Shown: piece after piece, positions 37,781 to 47,859 of the stretch
Layout of the letters: each line of letters starts with the position of its first letter
Numbering within the stretch: position 1 is the first letter of the stretch
Assembly: GCA_964419255.1 (NCBI GenBank)
Contig: CAYQOU010000010.1
Location: 10,032 to 74,031, forward strand
Reading direction: 5' to 3'
Source of the DNA: an uncultured Fibrobacterota bacterium
GTDB lineage: Bacteria > Fibrobacterota > Chitinivibrionia > Chitinivibrionales > CAYFVL01
DNA length: 64,000 bases
The notes under the pieces: model-generated
What the model saw: only the letters and a program-made list of their open reading frames with translations
What the model was told of the DNA's origin: nothing
The model's database searches: none
Made by a program: the position numbers and the translations under genes

Positions 37781-38194
37781 ATGCGAAATATTGCGCTTTT
37801 TTTGTCAGTATTTGCTTTACTTGCTCTTTCGGTAGTTATTGGGACAAAAAATGAAAATGATCTGCCTCAAGATTCTTTTAGGAAAAGTTTAGAACCAGAG
37901 GTCCCTGACATTGGAAGGGTACAGATTTTAAATGGGTGCGGTATAGATGGAGCCGCTTCAGAGGCCGCGGATTTTCTCCGTGAGAATAACTTCGATGTAA
38001 AGGATATCGGAAATGCGGATACCTGGAATTATCCGCACACCATTGTGGCTTCACGCACAAAAGATATGACAGTGGCCAATAAGGTCGCCGATGCACTCGA
38101 TACTGATAAGGTCATCTTGCTCCGTGATGAAAACGGCCTTTATGATGTGACAATATTTTTAGGAGCAGATTTTGGAGATATAATACATGAATAA
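37781..38194 (+). CDS. LytR_C domain-containing protein
   Basis: Signal/TM N-terminus, then 'VQILNGCGIDGAASEAADFLRENNFDVKDIGNAD'. Confidence 0.55.
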   Translation: MRNIALFLSVFALLALSVVIGTKNENDLPQDSFRKSLEPEVPDIGRVQILNGCGIDGAASEAADFLRENNFDVKDIGNADTWNYPHTIVASRTKDMTVANKVADALDTDKVILLRDENGLYDVTIFLGADFGDIIHE

Positions 38195-38579
38195 AACGAC
38201 TTCTGTACTTCACGGTAAGCAACTGCTTTGTGTAGCAATCGATAAGGCGCTCGAAAAAAAAGCCGACAAGAATGTAATACTCGAACTGCAGCTTTCAACC
38301 TACATCGCCGATTGGATCTACATATGCGAATCCGACAATCCTATTCAGAACAGAGCCATCGCTGAAAACATTATTATCGGTCTAAAGCAGCAGGGCACGC
38401 CTCCATGGCATGTGGAAGGGCTCGAGGAAGGAAGATGGATTCTCATCGATTATTCCGATGTTGTAGTCCATGTGATGCTACCTGAAATCAGAGAGTATTA
38501 CCAGCTCGAAACTCTTTGGGAGGAGAGCAGTCGAGTTTCACTCCGAGAGTTTGGTATTGATCCTGAGTCAGATTCCTAA
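38187..38579 (+). CDS. rsfS: Ribosome silencing factor RsfS (iojap family)
   Basis: 'ADWIYICESDNPIQNRAIAENI...WILIDYSDVVVHVMLPEIREYYQLETLW'. Confidence 0.85.
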   Translation: MNKTTSVLHGKQLLCVAIDKALEKKADKNVILELQLSTYIADWIYICESDNPIQNRAIAENIIIGLKQQGTPPWHVEGLEEGRWILIDYSDVVVHVMLPEIREYYQLETLWEESSRVSLREFGIDPESDS

Positions 38580-38611
38580 TCGCAAGACTGAAACATAATT
38601 AAAAATACACA

Positions 38612-38719
38612 ACCCGCATTGAGCGATTTTCTCGCCGCTATCTCCCAATTCCATACAGCAAAAAAAAGGTCTTCAGCACTCATTACATATCTCAGCGGAT
38701 TACACGTTTGCTTAAAGCC
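38612..38719 (+). repeat. Intergenic repeat element, diverged copy D
   Basis: 'acccgcattgagcgattt...cacgtttgcttaaagcc'. The terminal motifs and the ~97-nt arm spacing match copies A-C. The middle is diverged. Confidence 0.55.
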
Positions 38720-38789
38720 TCCTTTTGGCCTCAAGTAATTGTGTAATTAATCTGCTCAGGACCATTCAATTTGAGTATACAATATGGAT

Positions 38790-38823
38790 AAAAAAAAGCA
38801 CCCTTTTGGAGGTGCTTTCTTTT
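38790..38823. terminator. Bidirectional Rho-independent terminator between rsfS (+) and tex (-)
   Basis: A8 run, stem AGCACC/GGTGCT (38797-802 / 38811-816), 8-nt loop, then TTCTTTT. Confidence 0.75.
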
Positions 38824-38861
38824 GTGGGATATAACCTTGGATGATTATTTATAAAAAGGCA

Positions 38862-41036
38862 TTATCTGTTTTTGAAATGATCGGCAAGATTGCTCAACTG
38901 CCCCTGTGAAGGCCGTACCCGTGGGCTTCTTTCGCCAAGGCCTTTCATCGAAAGAGATATCCTTTTCTTTTTCTTATCAACTTTAATAACACGAACATCG
39001 ACGTGTTCTCCCAGCGAAACCACCTGACTCGCATTTTCGACATAACTTTCTGCAAGCTGTGATATGTGTACAAGACCGTCACATGTGGCATTGATATCGA
39101 CGAAGACTCCGAATTGAGTGATATTTGTAACTTTCCCTGAAAGTATCTGTCCTTCCTCCAATTCGGTGAGTCGCAGCCGCCTGCGAGGTCTGGCCGATGC
39201 AGCGGAGATAAACTGCTGCCCGGCACGCAGCTGATCGATCAACTTACGGTCGACGTAGATTTTCTGAGAAAAGTCATCTATCTGAACGGCTTTTATCTGA
39301 TCGGGATCTGTAATCAGCGATTCGATTGATTTTCCAAGCTGTTCGCTTAGTTGATAGACAAATCCGTAGTGATCGGGATGAACCAGCGTACGATCGAGTG
39401 CGTCTTTTGCATTCGGGAAATAAATGTAGCCGGCCACATTCCGAAAAACAATATCATTTACCCCTTTTACTTTCTTTAAATCTATCTTTGTATTCAACTC
39501 CTGCGTTGCGCCGGCTCTCCGAATCTCCTGAAGAGTCTCCTCGGAGACACATTCCAGATGAAGCAATGCTGATTCAGGAGCATCCACGTAGGCAACTCCC
39601 TTATGCAAAGTCATTTCGGTTGTTTTGCGGCTGACCAGATCTGCCATACGTTCTGTGGTTACATACTTCTGAAGGGGATGAATCAAAAAGTACTCTATTC
39701 CGATCTGAGGTATGATATCCATCGGCTGAATATAAAGGAGGCCGATAGCATATATACGTTGCATTGATTCATCCAGATCGGCGAATTTTTCTTTCATCCA
39801 GGTTGACTGGACCAGATTATTCACGCCGACAGGAGTTTTCTTTCTGGAAATTTCTATATCTTCGGAACCGACAGCTTTTTTGACCTGCTGATCGATATCT
39901 TCAGGCATCTCGCTGTCGTGAAGAACTATTGTCGCCGGCTTATGCCGATTCGAGAATTGCTGCAGACGTTTTACAAAGAAGGCCTTATCCTTACCTTTCT
40001 TCTTTTCGGTAGCGGCTCCCAACAGTCGACCATCACCATCCATGGCGACAATAATCATATCGTCACCGCCATGGCTACCCAGAACAAATGTTGTCCCGGT
40101 CTGCCGTTTTTCCTCGATGCGTTTGTTCAGCTCCTGGCTGATCTGGTTCATCGCCCAGTTTTCAATATCGGCAAAGATACGGGCTTTGACATCCTTTTCC
40201 ACCATCGGTTGGAGATATCTCGTCCAACATTCATCGATAGCTTCCAGGATCAAATCAAATCCAATGGAATCGGGATTCTCGATAAAGTGGTGCCTGATCA
40301 GCTCGGTAATGCGAAACAACTGCACGTTGTGCTTGAAGCGAATCGTTTTGTCACTTTCAGCTTTAAACAGTTTCAACAACTCTTCCGGGGTCAGCTCATG
40401 GACAGGTAACATTTTTCCCCGGTATTTGGAATATTCCTTATCTTTTTTGTTTTTCGGCTGCACTTCGAAAAACCCGTCCTCAAAGCCAAAATCTCTGGCC
40501 ATCGAGCGAACCGTGTCATCGTATGCAAACCGTTCCACCAGGATGTCCTTGACACCGCTGATAACATCCTGTACCGATTTTAACGATTCGTCCTTACCCA
40601 CATAGGGCTGGGCAAGCTCTTCTAAAGGAGTATTTTCTTCCTCCTGTATTTGGACAATATCGGCGAGCGGACTCAATCCTTTTGCTATTGCCTGCTGTGC
40701 CCGACTGCGCGGGTTTGGCCGAAGAGGAAGAAGCATATCGTCGAGTTCGGCGGAGCTGGTGCTCAATCGTATGCGATTTTCCAGATGTTCATCCAGAGCG
40801 TTATCTTTCTTCAGTGCGTTGATCAGACGCTTTTTCTTCGGGTTAAGATCCGCAATACTCTGAAGATATGCATAAATACGGCTGAGCGTGCCTGTGTCCA
40901 GATCGGCGGAAATGGCCGGCTGGTAATCAACCAGGTAATAAATGCTATCCCCTTTTTCGAAGTGCTCGCAAACCTGCGTAGCTAAAGAAGACTGCAGGTT
41001 CCATTTTTTCGATACGTTTACGCTGAATTCTGTCAT
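38862..41036 (-). CDS. tex: Tex-like transcription accessory protein (YqgF/HhH/S1 domains)
   Basis: C-terminal S1 domain 'LSGKVTNITQFGVFVDI...DGLVHISQL...VDVRVIKVDKKKKRISLSMK'. Length and N-terminal Tex_N-like region fit. Start at Met30 of the listed ORF. Confidence 0.8.
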   Translation of the reverse strand: MTEFSVNVSKKWNLQSSLATQVCEHFEKGDSIYYLVDYQPAISADLDTGTLSRIYAYLQSIADLNPKKKRLINALKKDNALDEHLENRIRLSTSSAELDDMLLPLRPNPRSRAQQAIAKGLSPLADIVQIQEEENTPLEELAQPYVGKDESLKSVQDVISGVKDILVERFAYDDTVRSMARDFGFEDGFFEVQPKNKKDKEYSKYRGKMLPVHELTPEELLKLFKAESDKTIRFKHNVQLFRITELIRHHFIENPDSIGFDLILEAIDECWTRYLQPMVEKDVKARIFADIENWAMNQISQELNKRIEEKRQTGTTFVLGSHGGDDMIIVAMDGDGRLLGAATEKKKGKDKAFFVKRLQQFSNRHKPATIVLHDSEMPEDIDQQVKKAVGSEDIEISRKKTPVGVNNLVQSTWMKEKFADLDESMQRIYAIGLLYIQPMDIIPQIGIEYFLIHPLQKYVTTERMADLVSRKTTEMTLHKGVAYVDAPESALLHLECVSEETLQEIRRAGATQELNTKIDLKKVKGVNDIVFRNVAGYIYFPNAKDALDRTLVHPDHYGFVYQLSEQLGKSIESLITDPDQIKAVQIDDFSQKIYVDRKLIDQLRAGQQFISAASARPRRRLRLTELEEGQILSGKVTNITQFGVFVDINATCDGLVHISQLAESYVENASQVVSLGEHVDVRVIKVDKKKKRISLSMKGLGERSPRVRPSQGQLSNLADHFKNR

Positions 41037-41269
41037 GTAGAATTGTTGTTTTTTAGCAGGTAGTTGGGTGTAGGAATTATTGTTATAGTCATATAAACTA
41101 CAACATGCCACGTATAGGATCAATACGTTCTGCGGAAAACAACCTTTCGCCGCATTTGATATAGATTGTCATCGACACCATGCCAATGACATTGTCTCTG
41201 ATTAACACATTGTGTTTACCCGACATCGCTAATCCGGATTCGCGATCCTTCATTCTCAGCCTATTTTAC

Positions 41270-41357
41270 AGCTAAATTGAACGATTCTCTCTCGGCGAGT
41301 GCTTCGCCCTCACGGAATTACGTGAATCATCAGCTCATAACCACACGATTCAGGTTA
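41270..41357 (+). repeat. Intergenic repeat element, shorter copy E
   Basis: 'agctaaattgaacgattc...ccctcacgg...acgattcaggttac'. The 5' half aligns with copy A, including 'ctcacgg' at the same offset. The 3' end runs into the stop codon of the LOG-family gene. Confidence 0.45.
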
Positions 41358-42026
41358 CACAAAATTGACATCGGATTCCCGTTTCTTGTAAAAATCATTT
41401 ATGGTCGAAATCGCCTCTTCGGGATCATCGATCACCTTCATCAGACTCACATCATCCGAATCGATGTATTCGGTGCCAAGCATCTTTTCTTCCAGCCATT
41501 CGAGCAGACCGTTCCAGTAATCACTTCCCATCAGTATTAGAGGCAGATATTTTGCTTTCTGGGTCTGGATAAGCGTCAGCGTCTCAAACACCTCATCCAT
41601 TGTTCCGTATCCACCGGGCATAGCAATCACCGCGGAGGTATATTTCAGAAACATCACCTTCCTGCTGAAAAAATGGCGAAAATTGATCAACGTTTTGATG
41701 AACGGATTTGGCACCTGTTCATAGGGAAGCTGGATATTAAGCCCGACAGAAGTACCTCCGGCATCCAGCGCCCCCTTATTCGCCGCTTCCATTATCCCGG
41801 GGCCTCCTCCGGTGATTACACCGTATCCATTGCTGACGGCATGTGTCGCGGTCTGGTAAGACAACCGATAGTATTCGTGATCGGAGGGAGTGCGGGCGGA
41901 TCCGAAGATCGTCACACATGGTCCGATACGGGAGAGGGTCTCAAAGCCCTCCACAAACTCTGCCATGATACGAAAGACACGCCAGGTGTCATCATTAGAA
42001 GCTGGAATTGAGTGATTCGGTTTCAT
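41355..42026 (-). CDS. LOG-family (TIGR00730) nucleotide 5'-monophosphate nucleosidase
   Basis: 'VITGGGPGIMEAANKGA' and 'AMPGGYGTMDEVFE'. Confidence 0.85.
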   Translation of the reverse strand: MKPNHSIPASNDDTWRVFRIMAEFVEGFETLSRIGPCVTIFGSARTPSDHEYYRLSYQTATHAVSNGYGVITGGGPGIMEAANKGALDAGGTSVGLNIQLPYEQVPNPFIKTLINFRHFFSRKVMFLKYTSAVIAMPGGYGTMDEVFETLTLIQTQKAKYLPLILMGSDYWNGLLEWLEEKMLGTEYIDSDDVSLMKVIDDPEEAISTINDFYKKRESDVNFV

Positions 42027-42147
42027 GTTTTCCCTTTCAACTTAAATACGTCTCCGGGCATTTGCCGGTATATGATCTTTATTATATTATTTGAATATGA
42101 TTTTCGTCCACAGGACTAAGAGAAAATACCAATTTTCATACGTTTAG

Positions 42148-42708
42148 GTGTATAAACATAGCCAGATGGAACAGAGTTTTTTTTCCTTATCCTCCTCATG
42201 GAGGAGACGAATTCAGTCTTCGGGATGCACTCTTTCGGAACGGTATCTATACGTAAGCATTTCCGGGCAGAGTATGGCGCTGGTCGAAAAAGACCAGATC
42301 CTATGTACATATCCGATTAGTACATCTCGATTCGGTATCGGCAGCAAGGAGGGCTCCTTTATGACCCCACCGGGCATTCACCAAGTTGCCTCAAAGGTTG
42401 GAGCCGGAGCACCACCCTATCGCATTTTCCGCAGCCGGGTGGATACGGGAATCACCTGGACGGCTGACATCCAGGAAGAAAACCTGATTCTTACCCGAAT
42501 AATTCGACTGAAAGGGTGTGAGAAGGGCGTGAACAAAGAGGGTGATATTGACAGTTTTAAGCGCTACATTTACATCCACGGCACGAATCGTGAAGAATGC
42601 ATCGGCACTCCCCTTTCCCATGGTTGTGTCTGTATGAGAAACGAAGATATTATAGAACTGTTTGACCGCATACAGGAGAATGATCTTGTCATTATTGATC
42701 CACAATAG
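42148..42708 (+). CDS. L,D-transpeptidase (YkuD) domain protein
   Basis: 'IYIHGTNREECIGTPLSHGCVCMRNEDIIELF' is the catalytic His/Cys motif. There is no obvious signal peptide. Confidence 0.7.
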   Translation: MYKHSQMEQSFFSLSSSWRRRIQSSGCTLSERYLYVSISGQSMALVEKDQILCTYPISTSRFGIGSKEGSFMTPPGIHQVASKVGAGAPPYRIFRSRVDTGITWTADIQEENLILTRIIRLKGCEKGVNKEGDIDSFKRYIYIHGTNREECIGTPLSHGCVCMRNEDIIELFDRIQENDLVIIDPQ

Positions 42709-44071
42709 AATATACAGCTCACTCCACTTTACCGGGATTCTCGGTGCGGGGATGAGTGCCCTGGCCCAATATGTTCGCTGGATGGGCTGCGATGTGTCCG
42801 GATCGGACAGAGCATTGGGCAAAGAAGAAACAGAAGATATCTCCGAATATCTCACCTCCATCGGATGCCGGCTCTTTTCACAGGATGGGTCGGGTATAGA
42901 CGAAAAATGCAGCGGAATTGTCATATCAAGTGCCATTGAGGAGAACAACCCGGAGATCCTGCGGGCACGTCAGCTGAATGTTCCCGTATATCACCGCTCG
43001 GATGTACTCGCTGCGATTATCCAGACAAAAAAGGCTGTTGCGGTTGCCGGAACGAGTGGGAAATCGACAGTCACTGCCATGATCTTCCATCTGCTCCAAA
43101 GCTGCGGCCAAAATCCGTCCCTGATCACCGGAGCCGGACTAAATAGTCTCCAGAAACTGGGCATGCCGGGAAACGCTTTTTATGGTGAAGGTCACTGGCT
43201 TGTGGTAGAGGCCGACGAAAGCGATGGCTCCCTGATCAAATATCATCCATATATTGCTCTTGTGCTCAATGTCAGCAAGGATCATAAAACGATACAGGAG
43301 ACTTTGCAGCTGTTTTCTACCCTTGCCGATCAGTCTGAAATCGTTCTGAAGAATAGCGATGATCCTCTTTTGGATTCCATAGACGCGACATACTGCTTTG
43401 GCCAAAGTCCCGTTGCCGATTACACCGTTGAGTCTCTGGAATCCACCGCTCAGCAAAGCGCGTTTTCTTATCGAGGCACAAGCTTCTCCACCCCTATGCC
43501 AGGCCGGCACAACGCGATCAATCTCTTTGCGGCGGTTGTAGCAAGCCTGCTTTGCGGCTGCTCACCGGAATGCCTCAGGGATGCGGCCAAAAAATTTCCA
43601 GGCCTGCACCGTCGCTTCACTATCACCCAGGCAGCACACGGCATCACCATCATAGATGATTATGCACATAATGCCGAGAAAATCCGCGCGGCGGTCACGG
43701 CGGCCCAGGCTCTTTCACCTCGGGTGTTTGTGCTGTTTCAGCCGCACGGGTTTGGCCCGATGAGGTTTATGCGGGAGGAGCTTGCCGCCATGTTCAGGCA
43801 GACACTGAGAGAAAATGATTCACTGTATCTGCTACCGATCTACTATGCCGGCGGAAATGTCATGCGGGATATTTCATCCGCCGATTTGGCATCCGATCTT
43901 CAGGAAAGCTCTTTTGCCGTGCATGCCCCCTCTTCGCGCGAAAAAGCCGTCGAAGCTATCCTACGGCAGGTCAGACCAAAAGAGGTTATTCTCAGTATGG
44001 GCGCACGCGACCCCTCCCTGGATGCTTTTGCGCAGTGGATTGCCCGGCAAGTCGAAGAAATTTCCCTCTGA
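42680..44071 (+). CDS. Mur ligase family protein (MurC/Mpl-like)
   Basis: 'HFTGILGAGMSALAQY', 'VAVAGTSGKSTVTAMI', 'VVEADESDGS'. The start is uncertain (42662/42680/42695). It sits outside a dcw context and next to an L,D-transpeptidase. Confidence 0.7.
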   Translation: MILSLLIHNRIYSSLHFTGILGAGMSALAQYVRWMGCDVSGSDRALGKEETEDISEYLTSIGCRLFSQDGSGIDEKCSGIVISSAIEENNPEILRARQLNVPVYHRSDVLAAIIQTKKAVAVAGTSGKSTVTAMIFHLLQSCGQNPSLITGAGLNSLQKLGMPGNAFYGEGHWLVVEADESDGSLIKYHPYIALVLNVSKDHKTIQETLQLFSTLADQSEIVLKNSDDPLLDSIDATYCFGQSPVADYTVESLESTAQQSAFSYRGTSFSTPMPGRHNAINLFAAVVASLLCGCSPECLRDAAKKFPGLHRRFTITQAAHGITIIDDYAHNAEKIRAAVTAAQALSPRVFVLFQPHGFGPMRFMREELAAMFRQTLRENDSLYLLPIYYAGGNVMRDISSADLASDLQESSFAVHAPSSREKAVEAILRQVRPKEVILSMGARDPSLDAFAQWIARQVEEISL

Positions 44072-44210
44072 AAAACAAAACAGCCGGTGAAGTTTTTCGC
44101 CGGCGCAATAAGAAACCGGCAAAATCGCATTACATCTTAGTATCGGTACATTTCTTTGCCCGAAGTCATGTTGTATATTAGGGAAAATTACATTCCTTCA
44201 CGCAAAAACA

Positions 44211-44243
44211 ACGGTTGAGCCCTGGGTGGTTTAGCCGTTTTTT
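44211..44243 (+). terminator. Rho-independent terminator after the Mur ligase gene
   Basis: 11-bp stem including 3 G-U pairs (44211-21 / 44228-38) with a 6-nt loop, ending in a T-run at 44238-44243. Confidence 0.55.
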
Positions 44244-44305
44244 GCTGAACCGCGCATACAGTGGTCAGTATCCTGAGAATTGATGCATTTGCAGAAAGGG
44301 ACTAC

Positions 44306-44776
44306 ATGCAACAGTCACAACCAATCACAAAAAAAGGCTACGACCAGCTGGTCGAGGAATTAGAACGTCTGAAAAAAGTCGATCGCCCGAATATAATCAA
44401 GGCGGTGGCCGAGGCCCGCTCTCATGGTGATCTGTCCGAGAATGCGGAGTATCATGCGGCTCGTGAGCGTCAGTCTCATATCGAAACACGGATCGGGTAT
44501 CTGGAAGACAAGTTGGCAAAAAGTGAAATCATACATATGGACACAGCCAATTCGGAGACTGTCATTTTCGGCTGCACTGTAAAGATTGTGGATCTGGAAG
44601 ATGACTTCGAAGAGGAATACACTCTGGTTGGTGCAGATGAAGCCGATCCGGCAAAAGGAAAAATCTCCACCGCATCCCCGATCGGTAAGGCTCTGATTGG
44701 TAAGAAGAAAGACGATGTTGTGGAGGTGACAACTCCCGGCGGTAAGCTGACGCTCAAAATACTGGAATTTTCCTGA
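44306..44776 (+). CDS. greA: Transcription elongation factor GreA
   Basis: 'ITKKGYDQLVEELERLKK...ARSHGDLSENAEYHAARERQ'. Start at Met16 of the listed ORF. Confidence 0.9.
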   Translation: MQQSQPITKKGYDQLVEELERLKKVDRPNIIKAVAEARSHGDLSENAEYHAARERQSHIETRIGYLEDKLAKSEIIHMDTANSETVIFGCTVKIVDLEDDFEEEYTLVGADEADPAKGKISTASPIGKALIGKKKDDVVEVTTPGGKLTLKILEFS

Positions 44777-44835
44777 GCTCCAAAACAGATCATGTGCACC
44801 CTTCGCCTATAACTACTTTGTTGACAGGATAACTT

Positions 44836-46635
44836 GTGCAGGTAAAAGAAAACATACGAAATTTCTGTATCATAGCTCATATCGATCACGGAAAATCCAC
44901 CCTTGCCGACCGGTTTCTGGAGATAACCGGAACTGTCAGCAAGGATAAAATGATGGAACAGATTCTTGACAGCATGGATCTGGAACGCGAAAGAGGCATA
45001 ACCATCAAATCGCATCCGATCCGGATGAACTATCGAAGCAAAGATGGTCAGGAGTATATCTTCAACCTGATCGACACACCCGGGCATGTTGACTTTTCCT
45101 ATGAAGTCAGCCGCTCCCTTGCGGCCTGTGAAGGGGCGCTGCTGGTGGTTGATGCGACTCAGGGAATAGAGGCACAGACATTGACCAACATATACCTTGC
45201 CCTCGAAAATGATCTTGCGATCATCCCGGTTCTCAACAAAATCGATCTTCCCTCCGCGCACCCCGAGGAAGTCAGTCAGCAGGTATCCGATCTTCTGGGA
45301 ATTGATCCGGAGGAGATTCTTCACTGTAGTGCAAAAACAGGCGTTGGTGTCGAGCAGATTCTTGAAAAGGTCGTGGGGCACATTCCACCACCGGTGGGTG
45401 AAGAAAACAAACCGCTCAAGGCCCTGGTTTTCGATTCCATTTTCGATTCCTTCCGGGGAGCCATTGCCTATGTGCGGGTGTATGAAGGGAAGCTGAGTCA
45501 GGGCGATCAGATCAAGTTTCTTTCGAACAGAAGCGAATTTGAAGTAACCGAGCTGGGTCATTTCAAGATAGGGCGGGTGCAGCAGAAAAGCCTTTCCGCC
45601 GGCGAAGCCGGGTATGTGGTAGCAAGCATAAAAACCTTATCGGATATTAATATCGGTGATACGATCACCTTAAAGCATGATCCTGCCGACAAACCGATTC
45701 CGGGGTATAAGGAAGTTAAACCGATGGTGTTCAGCGGGCTGTACCCCATTGACAAAGGCGACTACGACGACTTACGCAATGCTCTCGAAAAGCTTAAACT
45801 CAACGACTCATCAATATCCTATATACCCGAGACCTCCTCGGCGTTGGGGTTTGGCTTTCGTGCAGGCTTTCTTGGCATGCTTCACATGGAAGTTGTACAG
45901 GAGAGACTTCTTAGAGAGTACAATGTTAACATCATTACCACCGTACCTAATGTGAAGTACAAGATTGTACTCAAGACAGGCGATACCCGGTATATAGAAT
46001 CCCCCGCCCAACTCCCCTCTCCCGGTGAACTGATTTCGATAAGCGAGCCGGTCGCCCGCGTCCAGATCATCACCCCCTCCGATTATGTCGGTACGGTGAT
46101 GAAGCTGTGTGAAGAGAAGCGCGGGAAGCTGGGGAATATGGAGTATCTGGAAACCACCAGGGTATGTTTACACTATCGGATTCCGCTTTCTGAGCTTATC
46201 GTCGATTTCTTCGACAAACTCAAAAGCTGCTCCCGAGGCTATGCATCCATGGATTACGAGTTTGCGGACTATGAAGAAGAGAACCTGGTCAGAATCGATA
46301 TCCTGATTAACGGCAGTCCGGTGGATGCGTTTTCGGCGATCGTGCACAAAGACAATTCTTATTTCTATGGCCAATCCCTCACCTCCAAGCTTAAAGAGTT
46401 AATCCCGCGACAGATGTACGAAGTGGCTATTCAGGCAGCGATCGGCACGAAGGTTATCGCGCGCACAACGGTAAAAGCATACCGTAAAGATGTCACATCC
46501 AAGTGTTACGGTGGCGATATATCACGAAAACGTAAGCTTTTGGAAAAACAAAAAGAAGGAAAAAAGCGGATGAAGCAGGTTGGCAACGTCGAAATCCCGC
46601 AGGAGGCGTTTCTTGCCGTCTTATCCGCAAAATAA
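44836..46635 (+). CDS. lepA: Elongation factor 4 (LepA)
   Basis: 599 aa with a GTG start. '[15 protein letters not shown]', 'DTPGHVDF', 'NKIDLP'. LepA C-terminal domain '...[16 protein letters not shown]'. Confidence 0.95.
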   Translation: MQVKENIRNFCIIAHIDHGKSTLADRFLEITGTVSKDKMMEQILDSMDLERERGITIKSHPIRMNYRSKDGQEYIFNLIDTPGHVDFSYEVSRSLAACEGALLVVDATQGIEAQTLTNIYLALENDLAIIPVLNKIDLPSAHPEEVSQQVSDLLGIDPEEILHCSAKTGVGVEQILEKVVGHIPPPVGEENKPLKALVFDSIFDSFRGAIAYVRVYEGKLSQGDQIKFLSNRSEFEVTELGHFKIGRVQQKSLSAGEAGYVVASIKTLSDINIGDTITLKHDPADKPIPGYKEVKPMVFSGLYPIDKGDYDDLRNALEKLKLNDSSISYIPETSSALGFGFRAGFLGMLHMEVVQERLLREYNVNIITTVPNVKYKIVLKTGDTRYIESPAQLPSPGELISISEPVARVQIITPSDYVGTVMKLCEEKRGKLGNMEYLETTRVCLHYRIPLSELIVDFFDKLKSCSRGYASMDYEFADYEEENLVRIDILINGSPVDAFSAIVHKDNSYFYGQSLTSKLKELIPRQMYEVAIQAAIGTKVIARTTVKAYRKDVTSKCYGGDISRKRKLLEKQKEGKKRMKQVGNVEIPQEAFLAVLSAK

Positions 46636-46644
46636 CTGAAAACC

Positions 46645-47601
46645 ATGGATACTCTACGTTCCCCTGAAAAACCAATCGATGCACGCATATCGGTATACAA
46701 ATTCCTGCGGCTTCTGGTTATAGTCGGTCTGACAGGCGGTCTGGTCAAATTGGTCTTCTTCGAAACCTCTCTGGTTTCTACCAATCAAATGCATCCAGGC
46801 CTCTACAAGGGCGACAGGCTGCTTGTGAGCAAAACCGGTACAATCAACCCATTTTCAGGTACGAAGTCTCTTCGCAAGGGTAAAGTTGCGATTTTAAGCC
46901 TCCCGATAGAATCCGGAGGCGGCACCGCAGCCTTTCGCATTGCGGCTACCCCAAACGATACCTTTGAGGTCATCGAGGGGAATGTCCGGATTAATGGTAC
47001 GGAAGAGATCCGGCCAGCCGGGCGGAAAAGGAAAAGCAACCCGCTTCCCGCTCAATACTCTCCGCGAGATGCGATTTCTCCGTTTGCTCTTCCCGGCCGT
47101 GGTGATTCCGTCTCTTTCGCTGATGCCCCTTTGCGAGACCTTGTGTTTCATGCTTCCATGATCAGGCAGGAGAACGAAAGAAATGAATATATACTTCAAA
47201 CCCGACTTCTGGTCGACTCTGCCGATTCCAGTGATTATTTTATTGAAGGTTTTTCTCTATACGACGGCACCTTTTCCAGTATTCCTGATTCTCTTCGATA
47301 CGATTGGTTTTTCTGGGACCGTCTTATAGATTATTTTGATACCTTTCAAGAGGATCACCGGCGGATCGAAATCAGATTCGATATCACCAGAAATGGCGAA
47401 ACCGTTTCTGGATATCGCTATCAAACTGATTTTTTCTTTCTTCTTGCAGACAATTGGGAGGTAGGCTACGACAGCCGGTTCTTCGGTCCAATAAGCAGAA
47501 AAAATATACACGGAACCGCCGAATGTATTCTCTGGTCGCGAGCACCATCAAAAGGCTTGAAAGGATTTAGAACGAAACGGTTTTTTAAGATAGTGCGTTA
47601 G
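46645..47601 (+). CDS. Signal peptidase I (S26) homolog lacking the Ser/Lys catalytic dyad
   Basis: 318 aa with an N-terminal TM helix. Box B is 'NQMHPGLYKGD' (expected SMxPTLxxGD). Box D is 'FRIAATPNDTF' (expected KRvxGxPGDxv). Box E is 'ADNWEVGYDSRFFGP' (expected GDNxxxSxDSRxxG). It sits 9 nt after lepA. Confidence 0.7.
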   Translation: MDTLRSPEKPIDARISVYKFLRLLVIVGLTGGLVKLVFFETSLVSTNQMHPGLYKGDRLLVSKTGTINPFSGTKSLRKGKVAILSLPIESGGGTAAFRIAATPNDTFEVIEGNVRINGTEEIRPAGRKRKSNPLPAQYSPRDAISPFALPGRGDSVSFADAPLRDLVFHASMIRQENERNEYILQTRLLVDSADSSDYFIEGFSLYDGTFSSIPDSLRYDWFFWDRLIDYFDTFQEDHRRIEIRFDITRNGETVSGYRYQTDFFFLLADNWEVGYDSRFFGPISRKNIHGTAECILWSRAPSKGLKGFRTKRFFKIVR

Positions 47602-47859
47602 CTTCTTTGTCTGACTCACATGTTCATCCTCTCCCCTACGGTATTGCTTTAGCGGGAGGATGGGAGAAGCAAAAGGACTTCTTTTACTATGTGTTTTTTG
47701 TTTCCGATTTCCGAATCTCTGATCCTTTATTCTCCGGCCCTGCCGGTTTTTGATGACGGCCTGAAATGCCGGGAGCTGTTTAAAGCCGGCCGAATAATCG
47801 ATTTTACCTGAGAGTCCATTCATGGTTCGTCGGATGAATGGCAGAATTTTGAGGGATGA

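Noticed and set aside
44213-44251. GGTTGAGC...GCTGAACC initially looked like a miniature copy of the intergenic repeat family
   Set aside because: The arms are only ~25 nt apart and the segment folds better as an 11-bp stem followed by a T-run. It is therefore annotated as the terminator of the Mur ligase gene.
44476-45561. 361-aa ORF on the minus strand spanning the greA 3' end and the lepA 5' end
   Set aside because: It is antisense to two genes with unmistakable family motifs (GreA, and the LepA GTPase G1-G4 boxes). Its own translation has no recognisable domain and is low in complexity. It is a shadow ORF.
47625-47662. 9-bp hairpin after the lepB-like gene containing 'ggtattgctttagcggg', reminiscent of the 3' block of the repeat family
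   Set aside because: The similarity is limited to ~12 nt and the 5' block is absent. There is no T-run, so it is not a convincing terminator either. I left it unannotated.
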